A stretch of DNA of 64,000 nt from Eledone cirrhosa (taxonomy: Eukaryota): assembly GCA_964016885.1 (NCBI GenBank), contig OZ024740.1, positions 367,350,001 to 367,414,000 on the forward strand. The letters are read 5' to 3'. Below are positions 41,271 through 54,919 of this stretch, piece after piece. A model generated the notes under the pieces. It did not search any database and had not been told where the DNA came from. It saw nothing but the letters and a program-made list of their open reading frames with translations. The translations under genes and the position numbers were made by a program. The first letter of the stretch is position 1; every line of letters starts with the position of its first letter.

Positions 41271-41390
41271 TTATTGACACGTGTTTCTATAACAGTTACA
41301 TAACCTAAAACAGCTGCTATCTACAAACTTTTAGTTATGCAGACATTCAATATTTCAATGTTATTATTTACTGTCATTTCATCAGAATAA
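41271..41390 (-). ncRNA. Family-A hammerhead
   Basis: Same motif as 40212-40332. Confidence 0.75.
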
Positions 41391-42250
41391 TATTACTGAG
41401 GACCTATTTAGTATTTATAGAGAATATTAGGAGGGAGGGGTGAGGTTGTTAGAAGAATAGTTGAAGGAGTGGTTTTTCGATAGCAGTGAGAATTCTTGGT
41501 GGCAGTGAGTAATTAGATTCCCATCTGTTGTTTTGACATTTTTTATAGAATATATTATTGGTTATTTTTCTAAATCTATAGAAGGATTAGAGATAGTAAA
41601 GATATGCGTGGTTGGTTTTGTGTTTGCACTTAATTAACATTCAGACTTAAATTTTTCTTTCAAGTGTACGTATCCTTTCACCCAAGCATTCACACACAAA
41701 TATATTTGCACACCTCTACAAAATACATATACTCACAATTCACATATTCATACTTACATATATATACACATGCATACACATATATATACACACATGTATT
41801 CATGTACATACATACGCGCTCATGTGTATACATTTTCATACTCAACTTATCTTTATATACACACGTATAGATACACACATATATACATACATACTCTAGT
41901 CCATGTGTACACACATACACATACATACACATCTATGTACACATATATACATACACATATATATATATATATATATATATAAGCACTTTAATACATGAAT
42001 ACACTTACATCTAACTATACACATCAAACATATATATATATTTACTTATTTATAAACATTTTCACATATATATACATACTTATGGACGTTTTTAGACACA
42101 TTCATTATCGCATATTTGCACCTATTCTCATCAGCATATCTTTCCATTATTAGTGTGGTAATTTAAGGTTATTAATATATGTTGAGAAGAGATTGTTTTT
42201 ATATTTTTCTAACTAGATTAAGGTTTATATAGTTGGGGGATGTCCCTCTT

Positions 42251-43351
42251 TTATGTAATATTCGGCTTGTAGTGGGAAAAAAGGGTTTTAGTTCTGTGAC
42301 GGCAGAATAATGTTCGTTCAATTCTGTTATTCAGCAGTTTCTTCTTGTGTGTGATTATGTAATAAATCTCAAGATTACACAATTTGCAGAAATTTTGGCT
42401 CCTGGAAAAGCTTTGTGTTTTAGCTAATTTCTCCCATTTTAGGGTAAACTTTTGATCGCTATCCCTGAGCGTCCACGCTTTTTCTGCTAAAGTTGTTACA
42501 TTTCTTTGGCTCTGGTGTTTTATTGAGTAAGAATGCCTATACAATCGAGATTTAAACGATGTTGCAGTTGATCCCACGTAATACCACTCGTTGCCTCCGG
42601 ATTTAATGGTACACTTATAAATAATATTTTTTTCCAGGCAGTTATTGCCGAGGGGGCAGTTGTCAGGATAGGTGCAGTTACAGTTGTGTACGTTGGGTTT
42701 TCTCTGGAGTAGTATTGCGGACGAACTTAGGTGTGGTTTATTTATGTTTTGTAGTGTATTGTCTACTGTTTTTTTTGTGTTCTTTGTACTTAAGTTTTTA
42801 GTGTTTTCGTTTAACCTTCTAGTATTGATCTTTTTTATGTGTTGTTCAAGGTTTAACGCTGTAGAGTATGACAGTCTTATAGTGGTAGGGTTTAGGATTT
42901 TGTGGTATTTGTGTGATGTAGGAAAATGTATTTTAATTATTTTAAAGAAGAGTACTGGTAAATTTGTACTAATGGAACTATTGTATTCGGGGTTATACCA
43001 TAAGTACTCTTCGCATCGCTTTCTATTAGTTTTGTTTGTTGGTTTACTGGTGTGCATACTATGGTAGTAAGTGTGGTTTGGTGTTGTGTTATTATATCTA
43101 CCTATGTGGGATTTATTTTGGGTGTTTTGATTGTTCCCATCTATGTACTCTATTTTGTTGAGGTAGACTGCTTTACTAAGGGCGTTATCGTAGTACTCGG
43201 CGTGTTCCTTAAATACTTGTATGTTAGAAGATAGACCCGAGATTCTAAGGGAAATATTTTTAGGGATAGATTTAATTATAGAGATGGGGTGGTTAGACCC
43301 AACATTTACGTATTTGAGATTTTCATTCAATTTATGAAACGGTTTAATCAA
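42251..43351 (-). CDS. PLE thumb/linker plus GIY-YIG (5'-truncated)
   Basis: 366 aa, near-identical to the corresponding part of 38027-39355. Confidence 0.9.
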   Translation of the reverse strand: MIKPFHKLNENLKYVNVGSNHPISIIKSIPKNISLRISGLSSNIQVFKEHAEYYDNALSKAVYLNKIEYIDGNNQNTQNKSHIGRYNNTTPNHTYYHSMHTSKPTNKTNRKRCEEYLWYNPEYNSSISTNLPVLFFKIIKIHFPTSHKYHKILNPTTIRLSYSTALNLEQHIKKINTRRLNENTKNLSTKNTKKTVDNTLQNINKPHLSSSAILLQRKPNVHNCNCTYPDNCPLGNNCLEKNIIYKCTIKSGGNEWYYVGSTATSFKSRLYRHSYSIKHQSQRNVTTLAEKAWTLRDSDQKFTLKWEKLAKTQSFSRSQNFCKLCNLEIYYIITHKKKLLNNRIERTLFCRHRTKTLFSHYKPNIT

Positions 43352-43702
43352 TCCGGAGGCAACGAGTGGTATTACGTGGGATCAACGGCAACATCGTTTA
43401 AATCTCGATTGTATAGGCATTCTTACTCAATAAAACACCAGAGCCAAAGAAATGTAACAACTTTAGCAGAAAAAGCTTGGACGCTCAGGGATAGCGATCA
43501 AAAGTTTACCCTAAAATGGGAGAAATTAGCTAAAACCCAAAGCTTTTCCAGGAGCCAAAATTTCTGCAAATTGTGTAATCTTGAGATTTATTACATAATC
43601 ACACACAAGAAGAAACTGCTGAATAACAGAATTGAACGAACATTATTCTGCCGTCACAGAACTAAAACCCTTTTTTCTCACTACAAGCCGAATATTACAT
43701 AA
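43350..43702 (+). pseudogene. PLE GIY-YIG C-terminal fragment (inverted arm)
   Basis: SGGNEWYYVGST...KPNIT. Confidence 0.88.
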
Positions 43703-43978
43703 AAGAGGGACATCCCCCAACTATATAAACCTTAATCTAGTAAGAAAAATATAAAAACAATCTCTTCTCAACATATATTAATAACCTTAAATTACCACAC
43801 TAATAATGGAAAGATATGCTGATGAGAATAGGTGCAAATATGCGATAATGAATGTGTCTAAAAACGTCCATAAGTATGTATATATATGTGAAAATGTATA
43901 TAAATAAGTAAATATATATATATGTTTGATGTGTATAGTTAGATGTAAGTGTATTCATGTATTAAAGTGCTTATATAT

Positions 43979-44031
<53 letters not shown>

Positions 44032-44166
44032 TAGGGAAAGGATCAGGGGTGTATAACACTCCACTTATCCAGCAGGCAGTATGAGGTTAGCTCAATGTCT
44101 GAGGACAGAGCCGTAATATAATAAATAAATAACAAAGAACGCTTATAGCATATGCATATCTTTACT

Positions 44167-44212
44167 TGCTAACATTGTTTCATCCACACTATAAGTGGGA
44201 CTCATCAGAGCA
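44167..44212 (-). ncRNA. Type I hammerhead
   Basis: Reverse complement of 46591-46636. Confidence 0.85.
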
Positions 44213-44885
44213 TAAAGGTTAATTACATACCATACAAGCAATAACAAATCCAAGACATTGAAGAATGAAAGGTAATAATAGACGATAGAGGATAAGAATA
44301 AAAAATAAAAATAAAAGTAAAAATAAAAATAAAAATATAAATAAGGGGTGCTATCTGTCACAGTTGGGCGGTGTGCTGTCAACATATAGTTACATACAAG
44401 CATACACATGGATAAGAGAACAGACAAGAGTAGACACATGGATAAGAGAACAGACAAGAGTAGATAAGATAATGGGATTAGGTAAGAGTAGGTAAAAAAT
44501 AGGTAAAAAATAGGTAAAAAACAGACTTATAATATATATAAAAAGAAATACAAAGAAATACATAACAAACTTACATATAAAATATAAAATATAGGGTAAG
44601 GAATGAGATAAAATAATATGCAATTAAAAATTAAAAATTATATACATAGAACATAATATAGTATAATCGTAAAATAAGATAAAATAAGGTAAACTAAAAT
44701 CAAATAACATAGACTAAATTAAAATTAAAATCAAATGTGTAATTATAATTATATGTATAATTAAATGTAATTAAATGTAATTAAATAAATAAATAAAGAA
44801 ATAAATAAATAAATAAAAATTAAATAAATAAATAAAATTAAAATTTAAATTTTAAAATTTTAAAATTAAAATCTAAATTTAAATA

Positions 44886-44924
<39 letters not shown>

Positions 44925-45874
44925 ATGGAGTCAAGTAAGTAAATAAATAAAATTAGATAACATGAAATGAAATAAAATAAAATGAAATAAAGTAATTTGA
45001 GATAAGATATATATTTTTTTAGAATATATCTCTTGAATATATCAGGGGCCCACGAAGGCACTAAATGTCACAGTTATGTGTATCACTTGACCAATTTTTC
45101 AAAATATATTTCTTGAAAACATCAGGGACCCACGAAGGCACTAAGTGTCACAGTCACCAGTATCACTTGACCATTGCAAGGCAATGGAGGCGTCCCAGGT
45201 TGGGCAGTCTCGAAAGTTCACTCGAAAGTCATGGGTGTGCATTCACACAGTTGAGCGGTGGGGTAATCACAAACCGGTTCACACACCAATTTTTTAAAAA
45301 TATATTTCTTGAAAACATCAGGGGCCCACGAAGGCGCTAAGTGTCACAGTCACCAGTATCACTCGAGCGGTGGGGTAATCACAAACCGGTTCAACACGGG
45401 CAGGAGTCAAATGGTCAGAGAGGTGCATCAAAGGAGGTAGAAGAATTCACATGCATTAGCAGGCGTGAGGTGGGCCCCTGATGTTTTCAAGAAATATATT
45501 TTAAAAAAATTGGTGTGTGAACCGGTTTGTGATTACCCCACCGCTCAACTGTGTGAATGCACACCCATGACTTTCGAGTGAACTTTCGAGACTGCCCAAC
45601 CTGGGACGCCTCCATTGCCTTGCAATGGTCAAGTGATACTGGTGACTGTGACACTTAGTGCCTTCGTGGGTCCCTGATGTTTTCAAGAAATATATTTTGA
45701 AAAATTGGTCAAGTGATACACATAACTGTGACATTTAGTGCCTTCGTGGGCCCCTGATATATTCAAGAGATATATTCTAAAAAAATATATATCTTATCTC
45801 AATTTACTTTATTTCATTTTATTTTATTTCATTTCATGTTATCTAATTTTATTTATTTACTTACTTGACTCCAT

Positions 45875-45909
<35 letters not shown>

Positions 45910-46590
45910 TATTTAAATTTAGATTTTAATTTTAAAATTTTAAAATTTAAATTTTAATTTTATTTATTTATTTAATTTTTATTTATTTATTTATTTATTT
46001 ATTTATTTCTTTATTTATTTAATTACATTTAATTACATTTAATTATACATATAATTATAATTACACATTTGATTTTAATTTTAATTTAGTCTATGTTATT
46101 TGATTTTAGTTTACCTTATTTTATCTTATTTTACGATTATACTATATTATGTTCTATGTATATAATTTTTAATTTTTAATTGTATATTATTTTATCTCAT
46201 TCCTTACCCTATATTTTATATTTTATATGTAAGTTTGTTATGTATTTCTTTGTATTTCTTTTTATATATATTATAAGTCTGTTTTTTACCTATTTTTTAC
46301 CTATTTTTTACCTACTCTTACCTAATCCCATTATCTTATCTACTCTTGTCTGTTCTCTTATCCATGTGTCTACTCTTGTCTGTTCTCTTATCCATGTGTA
46401 TGCTTGTATGTAACTATATGTTGACAGCACACCGCCCAACTGTGACAGATAGCACCCCTTATTTTTATTTTTATTTTTATTTTTACTTTTATTTTTATTT
46501 TTTATTCTTATCCTCTATCGTCTATTATTACCTTTCATTCTTCAATGTCTTGGATTTGTTATTGCTTGTATGGTATGTAATTAACCTTTA

Positions 46591-46636
46591 TGCTCTGATG
46601 AGTCCCACTTATAGTGTGGATGAAACAATGTTAGCA
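46591..46636 (+). ncRNA. Type I hammerhead
   Basis: TGCT-CTGATGA-GTCC-CACT(tat)AGTG-T-GGAT-GAAAC-AAT-GTT-AGCA. Confidence 0.85.
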
Positions 46637-47261
46637 AGTAAAGATATGCATATGCTATAAGCGTTCTTTGTTATTTATTTATTATATATATATATGTGTA
46701 TGTATATATGTGTATATAGATGTGTATGTATGTGTATGTGTGTACACATGGACTAGAGTATGTATGTATATATGTGTGTGTCTATACGTGTGTATATAAA
46801 GATAAGTTGAGTATGAAAATGTATACACATGAGCGCGTATGTATGTACATGAATACATGTGTGTATATATATGTGTATGCATGTGTATATATATGTAAGT
46901 ATGAATATGTGAATTGTGAGTATATGTATTTTGTAGAGGTGTGCAAATATATTTGTGTGTGAATGCGTGGGTGAAAGGATACGTACACTTGAAAGAAAAA
47001 TTTAAGTCTGAATGTTAATTAAGTGCAAACACAAAACCAACCACGCATATCTTTACTATCTCTAATCCTTCTATAGATTTAGAAAAATAACCAATAATAT
47101 ATTCTATAAAAAATGTCAAAACAACAGATGGGAATCTAATTACTCACTGCCACCAAGAATTCTCACTGCTATCGAAAAACCACTCCTTCAACTATTCTTC
47201 TAACAACCTCACCCCTCCCTCCTAATATTCTCTATAAATACTAAATAGGTCCTCAGTAATA

Positions 47262-47381
47262 TTATTCTGATGAAATGACAGTAAATAATAACATTGAAAT
47301 ATTGAATGTCTGCATAACTAAAAGTTTGTAGATAGCAGCTGTTTTAGGTTATGTAACTGTTATAGAAACACGTGTCAATAA
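47262..47381 (+). ncRNA. Family-A hammerhead
   Basis: Same motif as 40212-40332. Confidence 0.75.
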
Positions 47382-47415
47382 ATTCCTTTCAACTAAACTG
47401 TATCCATTCAAATCT

Positions 47416-47452
<37 letters not shown>

Positions 47453-47519
47453 CACACGTCCACACAAAGTTACACACACGCACACAAATATATATGTATA
47501 TATAATTATATATATATAA

Positions 47520-47929
47520 AGAGTCAGTACTTCGACGGCTGAGCTCCAGCCGTTTCAACAGCTAGATCCGAACTAGGTCACCAGTATTAGAACGGCGAGA
47601 ATCTAGCTGAACTTATCAAGGGGTACAGTTCATATATGGGCATGCAGTCAAAGCAAACAGAACAAAAAGATCTAAACAAAAAATTCTAAAAGTTTGTTGT
47701 TTTTCTTGCCTGTGACGGGAGTGGTCATTGATCTGTATGCCGGTATATGGACTGTACCCCTTGATAAGTTCAGCTAGATTCCCGCCGTTCTAATATTGGT
47801 GTCTTAGTTTTGATCTAGCTGTCAAAGACGACCGGAGCTTAGCCGTCATATTACCAACTCTACTACCCTAAGTATTGAGTACTCTGGTGCTTTATGATCC
47901 ACCTGGTATCTTACCACACCCTCTTTGTT
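47520..47929. mobile_element. Older asymmetric palindrome related to family C
   Basis: Arms at about 47533-47637 and 47744-47847, with a family-C-like tail to 47929. Confidence 0.7.
47527..47626 (-). ncRNA. Hammerhead, UUGAUAA core
   Basis: GTACCCC-TTGATAA-GTTCAGCTAGAT...ATCTAGCTGTT-GAAAC-GGCT..AGCC-GTC-GAAGTAC. Helix I is partly decayed. Confidence 0.65.
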
Positions 47930-48657
47930 ATATATATATATATATATATAGGTGTGTGTGCGTGTGTGTATGTTTACCCCTTGTATCAAGAGAACAAAAT
48001 TGTTTTTTAGGAGTTTTAAAAAAATGAAAGGATGAAGATAAAGAAAACTATAGATATAAATATGATTGAAAGGGGTCTATGATACAGAGGCTGTTTTCTC
48101 CTGTTAACATCCAGGAACACATAAAACCATTAAAATACCTAAAGACCATAAGAAACAATTGTCTTCTTTTGATACAGGCGGTAAACACACACACACACAT
48201 ACCACAAGCGTATATATTAATTCTCTATCCACCTCTAAACTGACCTTTCAGCACAATTGGTACCACTCTAATATCCCCTCACACGTACACACATTAAACA
48301 TACCAGCTGGCCATTAGTATGAATTGTAAGAACATTTTCTATTTCTATTTTTAACCAAGTAAATTCAATCGAATTCTTGATCTGTTGAACCCGACTCCAA
48401 CCTGTACCACCACACCTTCATAAAAAATGCATATATAAGAAAGAATTTTGACCGAAAACTCACATATATTCGAAATGCTCACAGAATACATGAATAAATA
48501 TTTGTTTAAAATAGTTAATATTTAATATCGAATATTGATAACATTTTTATGCCAATCGAAACCAGTTATATTTAATGTAACATATAATCATTCATTCTGC
48601 CAGATTAAAGACAAAATAAAATTTAAATACACTCTGTGCCTTTTCAGCTTCACCTTT

Positions 48658-48719
<62 letters not shown>

Positions 48720-48984
48720 TATATATATGTTAAGAATTTCTGTAGAAAAGGTAAAGGAAAGAAGAGTGTTCTATGTACGGTGCAGAACGATTTACTTACA
48801 TAATAAACAACACAATATAATTATTTTATCTGATGAATTTTTTTTTCTGTAAGAATCGTCTAGTTTCTTGAAACCGTCGGGCTTTTACATGTCATAATAC
48901 CCACAGTGCACCTCCCCATGCATTGAGTACTCCCGTGATTTGTAGTATCTGCGCTATCGGCACCGTAGACACACACACACAGGC

Positions 48985-49044
<60 letters not shown>

Positions 49045-49581
49045 TGATTTGTGGTTTACTATTGGATAGAACCGGTCGTTCCGTTTAGTTAACTATGATG
49101 AAATAGTAGGAGACTCATTCTAGTTATGCAACTCATCCTTCGTTGATGTTGAATCAAGTAGCTGGTGCTGGAGTGGAATTAAATATTAATTTGAATAATA
49201 CAACAGGAAGCCGCAATGGAGATGTCCTTCTAATGTTTTTTCGTTTGCAAAAACACTATATATATTTCAATAGCCATGTTGCGTAAGATCCTGGTGGCAT
49301 CATCAGGTCTGGATTGCATAATTAGTTTATCGAATGTATTACAGCATATGGCCCGCTAAATCGGTGTTGTTGTTGCGGCAGACCGTCTCCCAATTCCTTT
49401 TCCAGTCTTATTTCAGGGTCCAAATCAAAAGAACGTCAATTTTCAGATATGGAATCGGAGAGCAGTATGTTGGGTGGAATGTGCATAGTTTCTTTCATAT
49501 GCTGCCATAATTGTAAATTGTATTTAAGACAATGAAAAGTATAAATAAGACACAAAAACAAATATTGTTGTATTATTTCTT

Positions 49582-49765
49582 GGATTGGCAGTATTGGTAG
49601 AGGGTTGGACGCCATGCTTTCCAGCATAATTACGTCCCTTTATGATCTGAGTTCAAATCCCGCCGAGGTTGACTTTGCCTTTCATCCTTACGGGGTCGAT
49701 AAAATAAAGTACCAGTAATGCACTGGGTAATTGCTGGCCTTGTGCCTAAAGTAGAAACAATTATT
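49582..49765 (+). mobile_element. tRNA-derived SINE
   Basis: Near full-length copy. Confidence 0.9.
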
Positions 49766-49907
49766 TCTTCCATAGCCGAATAGCCGAATGTAAGTTTCGA
49801 TATTTACGTTTCAGTTTTTAAATATCGTTCAGTTTAACGGAGCCCTAAAATAGGACTATAGCGGAATTATATATGCACACAAACACACACACACACGCGC
49901 ACACCTC

Positions 49908-49943
<36 letters not shown>

Positions 49944-50868
49944 TGCGATCTAGGTTATAATGACGGATGTCTATTTTCGCGGCTGTATACCCTGTTAATG
50001 TTTGACTTCTTTACATTTTCCGCCATCACTTCACAGATTAGCATCTCACTCAGTGTGAAATAGCAGAACATTACATTACTTGGTAGATCACTTTTATCAA
50101 TCAATTCTATAAAATCAATGCTATATTCTGCCTGTCGACAATATATGTGTGTGAACCTCTGCACCGCTGCCATAAATAGCGGGGACGATATATTATGAAT
50201 CAATCCTTTCAATGAATGACATATTGACCGCTATAGTTTCCTTTATAAATAAATGAATAAATAAATACCAGAAGGTCATAACTGAAATGCCTTTGAGCCA
50301 GAGCCTACTTCACAACAACATTGTGAATCAGTTAATATAAAATGCTTAAACCTATATATGAATGCGCCTGGCATAAAACCGTGCAAAAAAAAAAAAAAAA
50401 TAAAAAAAAACTGTTTGCATTTTGATAGCAATTGATGAGTTTTAAAGTTCCTATTTTGAGAAAGATTTTCTTGTTGCAACAATTTATGTATCGATATTCT
50501 ACCAAAGATTGTGTCAAGATTGTATACTAAAATAATCGTGTGAAATATATCTATAAAGCTGAATGTCAGAGGCAAACATCTGAATATGAAACGAGGTAGG
50601 TCTATACAGCACGCTTGCAAAATCCCTTCCCTCTAACAGATTACAGCGTTACTGGCGTTACGACTATGGAAAGATTTATAGTTACGAAATGCACAAATTT
50701 ACGGATATTTTACATCAATATGTGAAGAATTCACCAACGACAAACACTTGCAGAATGATGATTTATAACACACAAGCAAAGAAGTGTGATCCCATCTAAA
50801 TACAAGACTTCTGTTTTAGTAATGGGTTCTCTATTATGGACACATTAAGCACAAAGTAATCTTACTGA

Positions 50869-51031
50869 GCTGCTGCTGCTGCTTCTTCTTCTTCTTCTTT
50901 TTCTTCTTCTTCTTCTTCTTCTTCTTCTTCTTCTTCTTCTTCTTCTTCTTCTTCTTCTTCTTCTTCTTCTTCTTCTTCTTCTTCTTCTTCTTCTCCTCCT
51001 CCTCCTCCTCCTCCTCCTCCTCCTCCTCCTC
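50869..51031. repeat. (CTG)n(CTT)n(CTC)n trinucleotide microsatellite
   Basis: Directly visible. Confidence 0.95.
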
Positions 51032-51039
51032 ATCGAATG

Positions 51040-51790
51040 TCTCCAAGCGCTCTCTAAGCACCCAGCCAAACGGGCAGTGCGATCGATGGAATGTCGACTT
51101 TAGTTATCTATAAAGTTTTAGTGGCGGCTTACAACGACGATGTTCTTCGCCTGTTTGAGATACATTCAACAGGCATGAAAATGCCGTCAGCTTGACCTCT
51201 CCGAGATAGGTGCAGGTCGACGAAACGGTCCTGCACGTACTTATCGAGTGTCCGAGTATTGCTGACCTGTAGGTTTATGTTGAACATCTACTCTCACGCG
51301 TGTGGCGGGTCCGATAATCAATTGACTCACTTGTGAAGATCATTCCACCGTCTTCTTTTAGAGGGAAAGGACAGGCATTTTTCACCTGTCTGGTGGCCAT
51401 GGCGAAAGTGGTCGTGTGATGGACGCGCTTGAAATAGGAGAAGAGAAGAACTTTTCTCTTCGGCGAAGCTCTAATTAACTTTTTCAAGTTTGACCTGAAG
51501 GAAAAACACAGGGTGGACAAAGAAATGGTGCCATCCAACCCGTTTCTTGAAAGTTGGGTGAGAGAAGCGAGCATGGTTCGAGTGACTGAGCTTGCTGTGT
51601 GTATGCGCTTGTAAATTGGAGACATTTGATGGAAGGCACTTGCCATAGCGCTCTAGGTTACCGTGGATTTTTGTGGGCTTCTCCATGAGTGACCCTCGGA
51701 AGTAACCCCACTTTTGGGGAAATTGTTGGTTTGGTTTACAAATGTTAATTTTATAGTCTTCTTTATAATCCTTTGCATCACATAAAAAAC
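51040..51790 (+). pseudogene. Tx1/L1-like LINE ORF2 C-terminal remnant
   Basis: The + strand reads TSPR*VQVDETVLHVLIECPSIADL, a decayed CCHC knuckle, and then LVAMAKVVV*WTRLK..ALINFFKF. Confidence 0.65.
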
Positions 51791-52500
51791 AACACTACTG
51801 TCCTGTACTCGCCTTATTGTAAGAGGACAATAATGTACAGTGTTGGTTTATTTTCATCGGCCGCCATAAATTACGCTTTTGGAATGAGGGCCGATGAAAA
51901 TATTTGAAATGCACCAGGCCTATAAAAATAAAGATTTTGAAGAATATATATCTCTGTGAAAAAAAAGAAAAAAAGAAATACTGCATAAATTCAATATTAT
52001 TTTACACGTACATGAGAACATGAACTAACGGAAACCTTCTAAACATTTTGAAAGCTTTCTATGATAATTAACGAAAACAATGCTTGCTTAATCAATTTTT
52101 AACAATGCTTGCTTAATCAATTTATATATTTAACACATTTTCACATAGATGTCTAAATATGTACTCAAGTGCTTTGCACTTATAAATTTATAATTCCAAG
52201 CCTTTTGAATGCACATTACTTTGAATCCTATATCATTGTTGATAATTTCTCTTATGATATAACACGATATTTGCAGGAGGTCCCCGAAAATAATTTTTTA
52301 TTTTCCTTTTCCTTATCTTCCGTTATGTGTTTGGTTTCAACGAAATCCTGTTACATCATTCTTCAGATTACAGTTGATGAAATCGCCTTATCTTGCAACA
52401 TAATCGGATGATGGAGCTACGCCATCGAAATATGTATGTCCATTTATTTAAAATTGAAAATCAAATTTTCCAGTTCGGTCTTCTGATATATATGGATGTA

Positions 52501-52614
<114 letters not shown>

Positions 52615-52631
52615 TACATGTATATATATAC

Positions 52632-52746
<115 letters not shown>

Positions 52747-53212
52747 CGTATATATGTGTGCTTGCGATACAGATAGATTCAAACTCGCACACACACACAC
52801 ACACACGCGCACACACACACACATGCACGCAGAAGGAGATATATGAAGATGTGTCTGTATGTATGTGTCCATGAATGTATTTTCGTTGGAATTGTCACGT
52901 AGTGTTAATATTTCAATATGTTTTTCATATACTTTGTCTGGAAACGTGATGATGAGGAGGCGGAGAAGTCAGCTTTGCACATCTTACCTTGATTCATTTG
53001 CGTCATGATTTCATGACGTCTTTACGATAAGGCTATGGAATTTACTGTAAATCATGACGGGTAGGAAAGAATTCGCACTAAAATGCCGTCCTTATATAAC
53101 TGCAGGCTACGACGCTTTCGTTTGTAATCACGCAGTCATTTTAAAATTCTACACACAGAGATATATGCACATATATATGCACATACAATATATATATATA
53201 TATATAAATATG

Positions 53213-53269
<57 letters not shown>

Positions 53270-53399
53270 TATATATATATATATATATACATATATTATA
53301 TATACATATATATATATATATTATATACATATATATATATACATATATATATATAATATATATATATATGTATATATAATATATATATATATATAATAT

Positions 53400-53430
<31 letters not shown>

Positions 53431-53623
53431 GCATATATATCTATATATATATGTACATATATATATATATACATTCATATATATATACACACATACACAC
53501 ACACAAACATATATATATATATATATATATGGAGAGAGAGATAGATAGATAGGTATTGCTACGTGCATAAGAAGGCCAAGGGCCTTACATATACGCGTGT
53601 ATCTGTTCAAGTAAATAAATAAA

Positions 53624-53681
<58 letters not shown>

Positions 53682-53792
53682 CACTTATACATTCATACAC
53701 ACATTGGTACTTATAAGTGTGTGTGTTTTGCGCGTTCATATGCATACATTTGTATCCATACTCTTCTCATTCACTCTCCCTATATATATATA

Positions 53793-53892
53793 TAACAAAG
53801 GAATTGTGGTAAGGAACCAGATAGACCATAACGCACCAGAGTACTCAATACTTAGGGTAGTAGAGTGTGAAATAGGAAAAAGTATGACTCGA
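53793..53892 (-). mobile_element. Family-C tail fragment
   Basis: GTGGTAAGGAACCAGATAGACCATAACGCACCAGAGTACTCAATACTTAGGGTAG. Confidence 0.75.
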
Positions 53893-54754
53893 CGTTTGTT
53901 ATAGCTCTGGTTCATCTGAATAATTGAGCACTTGCCACACATCTCGGAGGTTGTTTTTCGTTATTTCGTGGGCAGAAATGCGATTCTCGATAATTTATGT
54001 TTGTATTTATCTCCAGACTCTAGCCATTTACCATTTAATTTTCTTGATTTTTTAGTTGAATCTATTGACTGATGAATAGCTTATGTTAATTTTAACCCTT
54101 CTGTTGAGAACTCTATTCGATTTGTGATGTTTTTGCATACTTGCAAAAATATACACAACTGAATTCATTCGCCTGATATAGGGGTTGCCTCCCTTGCTGA
54201 TCCCCACGTGGGGTCAGCAATAGTCAGTCCTTGTATTAACATTGAACTAAAACCTGTTGAGAAAGTGGCTTCCTTGTTCAATCATCTTACCAGAAGCCTA
54301 ACATTATTTATATAAGAGGACAGTACTTGATTTAGGAGCCGCAGAAACCCAAATACTGGATTTTACCAACCTTCCAGGGGTCCGGGTTAATTTTCAATCA
54401 CAGATATTTTTTATTTGTTTGACCCGAATTACTTGATCGTTTTTTTTGGCTATGCGAATGATTGTTTAACCATCGTCTCAGTGTGTTTGGCCTTTAACGT
54501 TTGTTATAGCTCTGGTTCATCTGAATCATTGAGCACTTGCCACAGATCTCTGAGGTTGTTTTTCGTTATTTCGTGGGCCGAAATGCGATTCTCGATAATT
54601 TATGTTTATATATATATATATAAACATGCAATAATAAATGTTTGCAATCTAAATATGTTTATTCATTAACGGACCATCACGTGCACACGATAGAACGAAA
54701 CTTTACAAAACATTAACGCGTCAAAATAATTTTCATATAACATAAGTATGTTAA

Positions 54755-54919
54755 TTCTTCTTCTTCTTCTTCTTCTTCTTCTTCTTCTTCTTCTTCTTCT
54801 TCTTCTTCTTCTTCTTCTTCTTCTTCTTCTTCTTCTTCTTCTTCTTCTTCTTCTTCTTCTTCTTCTTCTTCTTCTTCTTCTTCTTCTTCTTCTTCTTCTT
54901 CTTCTTCTTCTTCTTCTTC
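54755..54919. repeat. (TTC)n microsatellite
   Basis: Directly visible. Confidence 0.95.

Larger units (their letters stand above)
44030..46685. mobile_element. Non-coding 2.65-kb palindromic HHR element
   Basis: Arms at about 44116-45328 and 45472-46685 are nearly identical. Left tail 44030-44115. No credible ORF. Confidence 0.85.
41121..47420. mobile_element. Family-A PLE inverted insertion 2, interrupted by a nested element
   Basis: Minus copy 41121-43354. Plus copy 43350-43972 resumes at 46685-47420. Confidence 0.9.

Noticed and set aside
49253-49310. Minus-strand CTGATGA-TGCCA...TGGCTATT-GAAA-TATATA-TA
   Set aside because: Helix II register and helix I are mismatched; at best a decayed HHR.
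51275-51686. Minus-strand ORFs as host exons
   Set aside because: They are antisense to a Tx1-like LINE remnant on the + strand.
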